A stretch of 64,000 bases of DNA from Heteronotia binoei (taxonomy: Eukaryota), in the NCBI RefSeq assembly GCF_032191835.1, contig NC_083243.1:27900001-27964000 (forward strand), in the 5' to 3' direction. The notes below the pieces were generated by a model that saw only the letters and a program-made list of their open reading frames with translations, did no database searches and was not told the DNA's origin. This document shows positions 12,901-23,550 of this stretch, in pieces. Positions within the stretch are counted from its first letter, which is position 1. The number at the start of each line of letters is the position of its first letter. A program made the position numbers and the translations under genes.

Positions 12901-15900
12901 TCCCAATCAACCTCTATTTCTTGCTAATTCAGTATTTTAAAAGAACATTTTAAAAACGGGTAAAATTGCACGCTGTAAAGCATTGCAGCTGGGCAAAAAA
13001 AAAAAAAAAAAAAAGGAACTGGTTATTTTTTTGAAAAGGCCAAACTGATAAGGTGTCAACCCAAATCTTAACAAAGAATATGGTCAAAATATGCCAAATT
13101 TCAATCGCAGCACTTGACAGCAGCAATTCTATAAGCTTTGCTGGTAGGGAACAGCTATGCTTTAAAGCATGCCTAGGTTAGGGATTTTAAAAACAGCTCC
13201 TAGAGTTGTAAACTGTACTAGATATCACAGGAACAAGGAAGTGTCACTTAAAAAGTTAACTGTGGTAGAGGTCCATAGTGGTCCTGACGTGCAAATCAGT
13301 TGTCCGACCTGCGTATTGGGGCGAAAGACTAGTAGCTGGTTCCCTCCAAAGTTTCTCTCAGGATAGGTGGCACTCATGGCGATGCCGAGAAACCCGCATC
13401 CCCTGCCCCACCTGGGATGTGCAACCCTACCAGCCATTTTATCTGGTAAAGCGAATGATTAGAGGTTTTTTAAAAAAAAGTTAACTGTGGAGTGTAGCCA
13501 AGGGATTCCATCATTGGCATGCTAGCAGTTTCCTGTTTCTCTCTTCTATATGAGACTACCTGGTGCTATTTTTCCCAAAAGGCTATTGGTTCTCTGCGAC
13601 TCTTGAGAGTATTCATTCTTGCCCAAAGACACTGAGTGTTTAAGCCTTCCCTGTATCAGATAACAGCCAGAATCAGATGTCTCTCAAAAGGAACTTCCCA
13701 CATGGCAACAATTAGCCTTGAACAGCTCCAATAAAGAGCTCTTGCAAGGCCATTTATGAACCATGTATCTCAAGCAAAGATGCAGGAATGGTCAAGTGGG
13801 GTAGCTGCAGGAAACCCAGTGAGTGCCACTGCTTATCTGGGGAATGGGGGGGCATCACCCTTACGAGCAGTGTCATATTGTCAGTTCTGGCACAACCGAG
13901 AAATGACATCATTACGTCATGAGCAACGCTTAATGCTATTTGACAAAAAAATGGGCAAATGACAGTGTCACTGGTGACACAGTTATGTTACTTCTAGGTC
14001 ACACTGGAAGTGATGTCACTTGTAACATCATGACATCATCTATGATCTCTCCCTCTAAAGAATTAAGTCTCCCACTGATTGCCAGCCTTGGTGACATAGT
14101 GACATCACTTCCAGTGTGACCTGGAAGTGACACAGTGACATCACTATCAGTGACCTGGAAGTAATAAAAGTCTTGGGCTGGCAACCCTAGGTGGTGGAGG
14201 ACCAGTATGGGCTACTGATATATGAGCTTATTAGGAATGCTTACTGACAACTAGCTACCAACAAATTGCCATGTTTTTGTAGTCAAAGTCACCAAAATGG
14301 ATGACAAACCAAGCTTGGCCTTCTCATTGCTAAGCAGAGTAACAACTTTCTAAATCCACTAAAACAAAAGGGCTTAGAAGGGTGTAACTCTGCTGAGGAT
14401 GGCACTGTAAATCTCAACTACTGTCATCAACTTGCGAATAAAAAAAATGTCTTCCCAACTCCACTGAAGGTTTCCTATGTAAAAAACACAGAGCATAGGA
14501 AATAAGCTATTGTGTTTCAACTCATATGACCACAGTAGAAGAGACTGGCCACATGCAACTATACCACACAATTTACCTCAGGAATGACTAGTCTCTGTCC
14601 ACCTGCCTCAATGTATTTGTTGTTCGGTGTACTAAACAAAATTAAAACGAATGCTGTAAGCTTTGATCAATTTAATTGGTAGTTTAATCAGCCAAAGTTT
14701 TAGTTAATAGGTATGTCCGAGGGAGGGTGGGGGGCTCAGATTTAGTTGCTGAAGACAAATTTTAATTAGAGGGATTGCCAGCTGGGATTGCACAGTCTCA
14801 TATTTGCAGGAGTTATTGCCACAGGACATGATAAAGAGAACACTGAAGAATGACCCTTTCTAATTGCAAGAAGGTTTTATTTGTTTTGGGGAGGGGCTGT
14901 AGCTCAGTGGTGGAAGGTCCCAGGTTCAATTCTTGGCATCTCCAGTTAAAAGAACCAGACAGTATGGGAAAAACTACTGCCTGAGACCCTGAAGAGCTGT
15001 TGCCAGTCTGAGTAGACATTACCGACCTTCATGGACCAAGGGTCTGATTCAGGATAAGGCAGCTTCATGTATTCATGTAGTTAACCTTATACTTCCCTTC
15101 AATATCTAAAAAAGGCCCCTGGCACTGAGGTTTTGGGTGATAATTAGTTTTATTTCACTTTGATTGCCATGTTAAAAACTAGATCAGTCAAAAATATAAA
15201 ATATCAGCTTAATTTACATGGTTATTACAAGGTGACCAATGAAAATATTTAAGAACACCACCTTAGATAAAGGGCCCCTGTGGATTTTATTCAAGAGAAT
15301 GGGGTGGGGGGGAGCGTCCTCCCATGCTGCTGAGGAGAGGCATCTGATGTCACACGGGAGAGTCACTGACTTTTCCCACGGCGTTACCTGCTTCCTAGAA
15401 ACGGCAATGACTATGTAGCCATGGCAGCCCTTCCCGAGGGAGTAGGCCGCCTGATGTTCCCTCAGTGCCGTGGCGTTTCTGACTCTACAGCAGTCTGGAA
15501 GAGCATCAGGAAAAGGTTCTTGATACTGGTGGATTAAAAAACAGGGCTAGAAAACCTATATTAAGATCTTAAAAACCCCATTCAAAATGTGGGCTGCAAT
15601 GTCACAGTTGATTTTTTTTTTGTCTTAATCCCCTTAATGTTCTGGTCAAAGATTCACCTGTGTTGGCATTCAGGGATTACAATGCAAGTACGCTGAAAAC
15701 CATAAGGGTGGCGGGGGTGGGTGGGGGTGTTGTGGGCAGATAATGTCAAAGCAGATTACAGGCTATGTGTTCCTTTTTTTTTTTTGCACTAAATAAAAAC
15801 TCATTACAAGAATCATTCACAACCATAAAAAAAATCACAACCAATGGGTGAATTTTCTAAAAGAAGCAGAAGACAGCCACGAGAAAAGAATTGGACGTGC

Positions 15901-16568
15901 CGGAAATCAAAACAGGCCCCAGCTCTGAAATCTCATTCCCCAACCATATTCTCCCCTCCCCCTTCAATTTCATTCCACCATATCCCGCCCCCAGCACCTG
16001 CACAATGATTTTCTAGACAGAGAGCTCACTTATTTTTTTTTTAAAAAGTCACCTCAGTCAGGAGTAATGATTACATTAGAAAATAAGCAGAAATCACACA
16101 AGGCCATGAATACTTGGGAGTAGCCGTTGGAAACACCCACTGTAAGCAGGTGACTACTCGGCAAGGGGAGGCGGGTGAAGGAGGAGGAGAGTTGTCTGAA
16201 TGAGGCCAGCAAATTCAGCATAGATGGTTTGAGGAGTAGCTGATGCTCTAGGCAGGATACCAACCAAAATGAAGAACCCATCCTGGAAAACGTAGGAGCA
16301 TAAAATGGAGGCAGTGCGGAGGAGCGAGGAGAAAATTAAGGCAAACGTAGCACAGGACCAAAGGTGTGTGGGGAGGGTCTTTGCCTTTAGTTTAAAATTT
16401 GTTCTCTGTCTCTCTCTCTCTCTCGCTTTCTCCTTTTTGGTAATAGCTGCTTGTCCACAGAGATATGATGCAGATGGCCAGCTGAGGTTTTGCTAATACC
16501 TGATATCGTGGATAACACAGTAGTCAAAACAAAACAAAAGCAAAAACTGTTCTTGGCTGCCTGAGTTT
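9950..16568 (-). other. RCOR1: Putative long RCOR1 3' UTR (distal end uncertain)
   Basis: AU-rich, relatively TE-poor sequence following the stop codon. Candidate minus-strand AATAAA signals (plus TTTATT) at 15149-15154, 10584-10589, 10574-10579 and 10337-10342. The true end cannot be fixed without transcript data. Confidence 0.4.
13266..13466 (+). pseudogene. 28S rRNA internal-fragment retrocopy
   Basis: GGTCCTGACGTGCAAATC...GGGGCGAAAGAC-TAGTAGCTGGTTCCCTCC...GGTAAAGCGAATGATTAGAGGT matches conserved LSU rRNA as I remember it. Flanked by the direct repeat AAAAAGTTAACTGTGG (13250-13265 and 13475-13490). Confidence 0.9.
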
Positions 16569-16610
16569 TCATGATGCAGAGGCGTATCTGACGTCCAAGA
16601 CAGGAGTAGC
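16569..16610 (-). CDS. RCOR1: RCOR1 last coding exon (exon 12 equivalent)
   Basis: tcttccag|GCT ACT CCT GTC TTG GAC GTC AGA TAC GCC TCT GCA TCA TGA = ATPVLDVRYASAS*, matching the RCOR1 C-terminus PVLDVRYASAS. Confidence 0.97.
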   Translation of the reverse strand, partial: ATPVLDVRYASAS

Positions 16611-17488
16611 CTGGAAGAGAAAAAAAGGAGAATCTATGTATGTGTGGGATTACGATAACAAGTACAGTTTGGTTTCATTGTGACATATTTTCCTGTTCCC
16701 AAGCCTCTTTGTCCATCCTCAAGGCAAACTTGCTTTCTAAATACCATTATAACAAGAAGGCTGAAGGCCAACTTTTGGAATCACCAGGTTTAACAATTTC
16801 CTATCAAAAAGGTTAAAGGATATCAAAGCAACACTACCTTGCTTAAAAAAAAAAAGACAACTCTTGGCTCCACTCTCAATACCTGACAATTATCACATGC
16901 AGTCAACTAATAGATGACAATGTCTTATAAATATTGCTAAGTAGCTAGCCAAAAAAGATCCCAAGCAGAGTCCTCTATCAAGGAGATAAATGTTCGTGTT
17001 TGGACAAGTAAATGATGGGGTGGATCCAGCAATCTGCAAAATTCAAGGATCACGTATCTTCCCTGTGTTCTCTTCTCTTCAGCAATCTATTCTGATCCCA
17101 GGAAGGTTTATTCCAGGCCTTGCAAGAATCCACGCAGACTAATATTCAAGTTATTATACATATTTAAATATGTATCTTGCTTTTCTCCTGATCAGTGGGG
17201 CTCAAAGCAGTTTGGGAAGCTGACATGGGAAAGAGGAGGGGTGCAAGATTACCCTCTCCTCTCTCTTGTATTATCATCTTAATTTTATTTACTGCCAGTC
17301 CTCGTTTTGGGCAGGAACTCACAGGAGCGGCGCTCCAGAACCTCTAAATTTTTATTGTGCTCTTTCTTACCCCACACCCCTCATCAATACTTGCTTCTGG
17401 GCTCCATTGTTCAAACCCCCTGCGAGAATTTTGCTGAACTCTAAGATTTGACAAACTTTCTAATATTTCCCCCCCCCCCATACACAGG

Positions 17489-17698
17489 GGGAGGGACGGT
17501 GGCTCAGTGGTAGAGCATCTGCTTGGGAAGCAGAAGGTCCCAGGTTCAGTCCCCAGCATCTTCAAAAAAGGGTCCAGGCAAATAGGTGTGAAAAACCTCA
17601 GCTTGAGACCCTGCAGAGCCGCTGCCAGTCTGAGAAGACAGTACTGACTTTGATGGACCAAGGGTCTGATTCAGTATTAGGCAGCTTCATATGTTCAC
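17489..17698 (+). mobile_element. tRNA-derived SINE with CR1-like 3' tail (other copies 14889-15079 +, 27570-27730 -, 39420-40225 - split by the LTR)
   Basis: GTGGCTCAGTGGTAGAGCATCTGCTT...GGTCCCAGGTTCAGTCCC head; GATGGACCAAGGGTCTGATTCAGTA..AGGCAGCTTCAT tail. Confidence 0.8.
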
Positions 17699-18300
17699 AC
17701 AAAAAATGGGAAAAGAACCAAAACATATAAAGCAGACAGATGGAAACCTTCATCATGCCACTATGGCTACATAGGAGAAAGTAATCTAAAAAGTATGATG
17801 GGAGTAAGGTTTTATTATGACAATTATAATTCAAGAAGCATTTTAAGGTAGATGCTGAGCTGATAGAATTTAGACCACCTTCCAGTGATGTCAGGGGTGC
17901 ATGGCATATGCAAATAAGTTGTGATGAGCTCCGGCACCTTTTTTTCTACAAAATGACCCCTGTTTACTGCATGTGTACCCCGCCTTTCTCCCCAATGGGA
18001 ACCCAAAGCAGCTTATGCTGTTCTCCACTCCTCTGTTTTATCTTAACAACAACCCTGTGAGGTAGGTTAGGCTGAAAGAGTTAGGACCAGCCCAAGGCAC
18101 TCACTGAGTTTCCACAGCACAAGTGAGGATTTAAACCTACGTCTCCCAGATCTTAGTCCAACACTCTTAACTATTGCACCACGCTGGCTCAGAGCTGCTG
18201 TGGGGAGAATGTGAGAAAGGATCCAGGATTATCAGCTCTTTCCACTCATGGATCACTTGATTCAACCTGTAGTCATACAAGGGAGAGAGGGCTGGCCTAC

Positions 18301-18530
18301 CTCATCTTCCTCTTCAGACACTTTAATGGTGTTATCCGGCAATTTTACAGGTTTCTGATTGTTCGTCCCGTTCATCTCCTCTTTCCCGTGCTCCGCTTCC
18401 CACTCCTGCAGGACTTCGTCTATGTTGAACCGTCGCCGATAGTTTACAAAAAAGTTTTTCACTTGTACCACGGACTTGTTCCCAATCACGTCAGAGATTG
18501 CCTGAACATCACGGCCATATTTCCTGATTG
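18301..18530 (-). CDS. RCOR1: RCOR1 coding exon (exon 11 equivalent; SANT2 domain)
   Basis: ttctag|CA ATC...GAG|gtaggc; 230 nt; (A)[76 protein letters not shown]. Confidence 0.98.
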
Positions 18531-19046
18531 CTAGAAAAGGGAAGGTGGGTGGAGAAAGGTGGTGAGGCAGGCCACCACAGAAATGGACGTTTCAAAGATA
18601 AAACTGCACAGAGAATGACACCAAACCAGGGTTCACTTTGCTGGGACTCTGTATCTTATCAGAATGAAAGGAGGTGGGAGGGCATGGATCAATATAAAAT
18701 TAAGAATGGGGTAAGTTTGCCCCAGTGAATCTACAATGGTATAAATGGAACATGCCAACTTCATCACAATCGTCAAACCACAGTATGTAACTCAAAGTTT
18801 CTTGTTTTATGGTCCATGGTCTAATATGCAAAGGAGTTCCGGCTACAAAAAAAGCCTTGGATCTAAGCCAGGGGTGGCCAAAATGTGGCTCAGGAGCCAC
18901 ACTCTTTCACACATATTTTGTGGCTCTCGAATCCCCCAGCACCCTGTTGGCCAGCTTGGAGAAGGCATTTCACTCCTTAAATCATTTCTCCAAGCCAAGC
19001 CAGTCAATGGCTTGACCATATAGTGTTTCCAAGGCAGAGTTTCTTA

Positions 19047-19301
19047 GCCAGTTTGGTGTAGTGGTTAAGTGTGCAGACTCTTATCTGGGAGAACTGGGTT
19101 TGATTCCCCACTCCTCCACTTGCAGCTGCTGGAATGGCCTTGGGTCAGCCATAGCTCTGGCAGAGGTTGTCCTTGAAAGGGCAGCTGCTGTGAGAGCCCT
19201 CTCATCCCCATCCACCTCACAGCGTGTCTGTTGTGGGGGGAGAAGATATAGGAGATTGTAAGCCGTTCTGAGTCTCTGATTCAGAGAGAAGGGTGGGGTA
19301 T
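19047..19301 (+). mobile_element. tRNA-derived squamate SINE (Squam3-like; family name tentative)
   Basis: GCCAGTTTGGTGTAGTGGTTAAG box A, GGTTTGATTCCC box B, CCTCACAGGGTGTCTGTTGTGGG body; other copies end in a (TCT)n tail. Confidence 0.85.
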
Positions 19302-19962
19302 ACACCCCGATGTAGCCAATCCTCTGGGAGCTTACAGGAGGCCCATGGTCAATTTTATGGGCATTTTTAGGGTTCTTACTTAATGGTTGCTTTTATTGTT
19401 TTTATATGCCCCCCAACTTACTGCCAAGGCCCTTGACTTCCCATCTAGCCCAAGCCCCCCAGTTCAATGTGGTCATGCTCTCTCTTCACTAGCAAACCAG
19501 TAATGTAAGCCCCACAGTGCCCTTCAATCCATGCCACTCTCTCCATCACTGTCTTCAATGGGGTTTCTTATCCCCTTGAATCTGCGAGACTGAAGTCCAG
19601 GAAACGGGGCAGAGACCCCAATGGGAGGTTCTTCTTCTGCATCAGAACTGCAGCCCAAAGCTTTCAGAGCTGATCTAACAATGCCCGGATGAACTTGCCA
19701 TGCCCACATCTTAAAGTTAAGTGGTAGAGAGAAAACAAGCAACACTGCAAACAGGTGTCTCTCCCCCCACTCAGTTGTTGCATTTCTTTGACCAAGTCTG
19801 GCCACCCCCAGGTGTTCAGATGAATAGATATATGCACTGAGCACATTAGTGCATTCTTTTCCAGGTAATTTAATCAAGTGCCCCCTTAAACATTTAAATG
19901 CTCTCTGAACAAAACAAAAGGACAGGTTTCTTACCTGTAACTGATGATCTTCGAGTGGTCAT

Positions 19963-20128
19963 CTGTGCAGTCACGCATATGGGTTATCTGCCAGGATCGA
20001 GCCCAACCTTGGAGAATTCAAAGCAATCCTTAAGTGTTAGTTTAGCGCGCCTTCCTCTCGTCCCGGGGAGGAGGCATCGTCTGCGCATGCCTAGACGAGG
20101 GGGAGGCGCCTAACCCACTCAGTTTCTT
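19963..20128 (-). repeat. DIRS 3' ITR
   Basis: Inverted copy of 25719-25884; CpG-rich; contains TGCGCATGCC. Confidence 0.95.
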
Positions 20129-20197
20129 TCCGCAGCTGTATAGGTGGAGTAATTCTACTGATAGTGAGCATCCAGCAGCGGGGAAGGAAGGGTGGGC

Positions 20198-20294
20198 ATG
20201 TGTGACTGCACAGATGACCACTCGAAGATCATCAGTTACAGGTAAGAAACCTGTCCATCTTCTTCGTGGTCTCTGTGCAGTCCCACATATGGGT
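20198..20294 (-). repeat. DIRS internal complementary region (ICR)
   Basis: 20198-20256 is the reverse complement of the left terminus (19920-19978). It is directly joined to 20257-20294, the reverse complement of the right terminus (25863-25900). One mismatch in each half. Confidence 0.95.
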
Positions 20295-20406
20295 GACTGG
20301 CAAGCTATTTCGTCAGGAGGCGGGTGCTGGATCTGTAACTAGAAAGCACGGTTAGTTCTTCCTAAGAAGAATAAAGTTGTACTCACAGTGTGGACAGCAG
20401 GGGGCG

Positions 20407-22907
20407 TCAGTCAAAGATTGATCGCAGCACAGCTTGTCCGAAGGACGTGTCATGCTGGGCACGGACGTCTAAAGCATAGTGCGAGGCGAATGTGGATGGA
20501 GACGACCAAACCGCAGCGGCGCTGATGTCCTCCATTGGAACGCCCTTGCAGAAAGCTGTTGAGGTTGCAACAGCTCTAGTAGAGTGAGCTCCTAAGTGTT
20601 CTGGTATGGGCTGTTCTGCCAGTTCATAGCATAATGCAATGGCAGCCACAATCCACTTTGAGAATTTCTGTGTTGAGATTTTTGTACCTTGATTGTGGAT
20701 TGCGTATGCTATAGTCTTGTGTCCTTTCGGAATTGTTGTGTTCTTTCGATATAAAAGGCAAGAGCCCTGCATACGTCTAAGTTATGCAGGGTTTGTTGTC
20801 CTGCATCCGCAGGGTGCTGGAAAAAGGCAGGTAGAGTAGAAGGTTTTCCTAGATGAAATGCTGAGACCACCTTCGGTAGGAATGCGGGGTCAGGGCGTAA
20901 TACTACTCTGTTGTGGTGGAAAACCATGTATGGCGGGTCCGCTCTGAAGGCGCAGATATCGCTAGCTCTCCTGCCAGTGGTAAGTGCCACCAGCAAGGCT
21001 GTTTTCCATGTCAGGAGATGTAGAGGAATGGATGCCATAGGTTCAAAGGGTGGCTTCATTAACTGACTCAGCACGAGTGAGAGACTCCAGGTAGGGTGGA
21101 TTTTCCAGATTGGAGGGTGGAGGTGAAGGATTCCTTTCAAGAAGGCTTCAGTGGCGTAGTGGGAGATCACAGTGGAGCCCTCAATAAGGGGGTGGAACGC
21201 AGAGATAGCCACTAAGTGGACCTTTAGAGAGGAGTACGAGAGTCCAGCATTAGAAAGGGCTAGGATGTACGTTAGGATTTGGGTGATACTGGAGGAATCA
21301 GGTTTAAATTTATGCTGAAGTGCGTATTCTGAAAAGCGTTTCCATTTAAAAGAATACGATTTCCTAGTGGCAGGTTTCCTTGAATTGAGTAGGACATGTC
21401 GGACCTCTGGTGGGAAACTCAGAAACTGATTCTCCATGCTGTCAGTTGCAGGAGCGTCGGGTTGTGGTGTAGGACCTTGCCTTCCTGCTGGGAGATTAAG
21501 TCCTGAACTTGAGGGAACTGGAGGAATGTGTTGTTCGATAGGAGGAGAAGAATAGTGAACCAAGGTTGGCGCGGCCACCAAGGTGCAACCAGGATGCAAT
21601 TGGTGTGGTCTGTCTTTATCTTCTGTAATATCCTCGTGATGAGTGGTATTGGAGGGAATAGGTAGTGCAGTGGCCCGGTCCATGTCTGGAGGAAGGCATC
21701 CCCTGCCGACAGTGGAGACGAAGGGCCTCGCATGTAGAAGCGGGGGCATTGTGCATTGTCTGGGAATGCAAATACATCTATTTCCGGAGTACCAAAGGTC
21801 TGGAACAGAGGCTGAAGATAACGACTGTTGATGGTCCATTCGTGGTCGTTGACTGAGTGGCAACTCAGTGCGTCTGCTTGGACGTTCTGGACCCCTGGTA
21901 GATGTACTGCTGTTAGGAAGATACCCTGGGTGATGCTCCAGTGCCAAAGGGCTAGAGCTCGTTTGCATAGTCGAGTAGAGGCAGTACCTCCCTGTTGATT
22001 GATGTAGAAGACAGTGGCCACATTGTCTGAGGTGATCTGAACGTGGCGGTTGTGAAGGGATGGAAGGAAGGATCTTAGGGCTCTGTGGACCGCCAGGAGC
22101 TCCAGGCAATTGATATGGAGGGATCTTTCGTAGTCGGTCCACTGACCTTGCACTGTGAGTGTTCCCAAGTGGGCTCCCCATCCCCACTTGGAAGCGTCGG
22201 TGGTAACAATCACAGAAGGAGGAGTCTGTGTAAATGGCATTCCTGCCAGGAGATGACGTTCCACCGTCCACCATTGCAACGATGGGATGATGTGGGACGG
22301 AACAGTTAGCACGGTACATTGGTGCTGTCGTTGAGGGTGAAATGTTCGGACAAACCACAGCTGGAGGAGACGCATGTGAAGTTTGGCAAAGCAGAGGACG
22401 GAGGTGGTGGCCGCCATGAGGCCTAGCATCCTTTGAAAAATGAGGGCTGTTTGGGAGCGATGTATTATTATTCTGTTGGCCAAGGACTTGATATGTTGCA
22501 CTCTGTCTGTTGGCAAGTAGGCCTTGCAGGAGATAGTTGACGGGTGCACTCCTATAAATTGTATGGACAGAGTAGGAGTCAGATTGGATTTTGTCTCGTT
22601 GACCTGAAGGCCTAGGGTAGCCAGGAGGGAGAGGGTAGCCGAAACGTCCATTTGGAGCTGTTCCTTGGATTGGGCGACGACCAGCCAGTCGTCTGTGTAC
22701 GGGTAGATGGATATCCGTTGTTGTCTCAAAATTGCTACCACCACAGCCATGCATTTTGTGAATACTCTTGGTGCTGTTGAGAGACCAAAGGGAAGAGCGC
22801 GGAACTGATAGTGTTGATCTCCTATAGCGAATCTGAGGAACCTTCTGTGATGGTGGTTGATGGTAAGGTGGAAGTAGGCGTCCTGTTGGTCTATTGATGC
22901 CATCCAA
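20407..22907 (-). pseudogene. DIRS ORF3: tyrosine recombinase (YR domain from ~21437), frameshifted
   Basis: Catalytic R (TTGRRASDI), HSTR and SHY motifs. Split across two ORFs by a frameshift near 20712 (KDTRL* / IAYA). The N-terminal part overlaps ORF2 in another frame. Confidence 0.92.
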
Positions 22908-23550
22908 GCCTGGTCTGGAATCAGTGGTAAGATAGACTGAAGAGTGACCATGCGGAATTTTTTGTGGCAGATGTGGAGACTGAGCTTTCGTAGATCCAGT
23001 ATGGATCTACTAAATGTGTATTTATTTTACTCCCGTCTCTCTTTGGCACCAGGAAGTAGCGGGAGTAAAAGCCCGTGTAATGGTACTGTGGTGGAACTTG
23101 TTCTACAGCTCCCTTGTCCAGCAAGGTCGCAATTTCCAAAAGCAGAGGTGGGGATGGAGGGGTAGCTATGAACCTGTGGTGTTTTGGGATTGAATTGAAC
23201 TCTATGGTGTACCCCCTTTGGATGATCACCAGGACCCATGAGTCTGATGTTATGGACTCCCACATGTGGTAAAATGGCTGTAGTCTGATGTCTGGGTAAT
23301 GTTGAGGCTGTCCAAGAGGAGTAGGGGAGTCAAAGAGACTGTTTAGTGGTCGGTGTTGCTTTCTTTGATGTTTGAGGGCGTGCTCTCTGCTGGAAGGGTT
23401 GTTTTGCCTGGGGGGGCTTGCGCCTCCATGGTTCAGCCTGACGTGGGGATCGAGAGCGTTTGTAGTAATTTGGCTTCCAAGTTCTCTGTCTCTTGGATTG
23501 GGATTGTGGTTGCGTGACCCCCAATCTCTTAGCCCTCTTTCTGCTGTCAT
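21419..23550 (-). pseudogene. DIRS ORF2: reverse transcriptase, RNase H and methyltransferase-like domain, frameshifted
   Basis: FYSRYFLVPKRDG [frameshift at 23009-23031] RSILDLRKL...KFRMVTL, IDQQDAYF, LPFGLSTAPRVFTK, YTDD; RNase H TDAS, LELLAV, SDN, NVQADALS; MT-like IDVFA...YLFPP...APWWPRQPWF. Confidence 0.93.

Noticed and set aside
13960-14165. Repeated GTGACATCACTTCC units that could look like a CRISPR or regulatory array
   Set aside because: Irregular subterminal repeats inside a TAGGGTTGCCA-family hAT element in a vertebrate genome; no constant repeat-spacer periodicity.
19524-19877. 117-aa minus-strand ORF next to the DIRS end
   Set aside because: Outside the ICR-defined terminus, no recognisable homology and no supporting splice signals.
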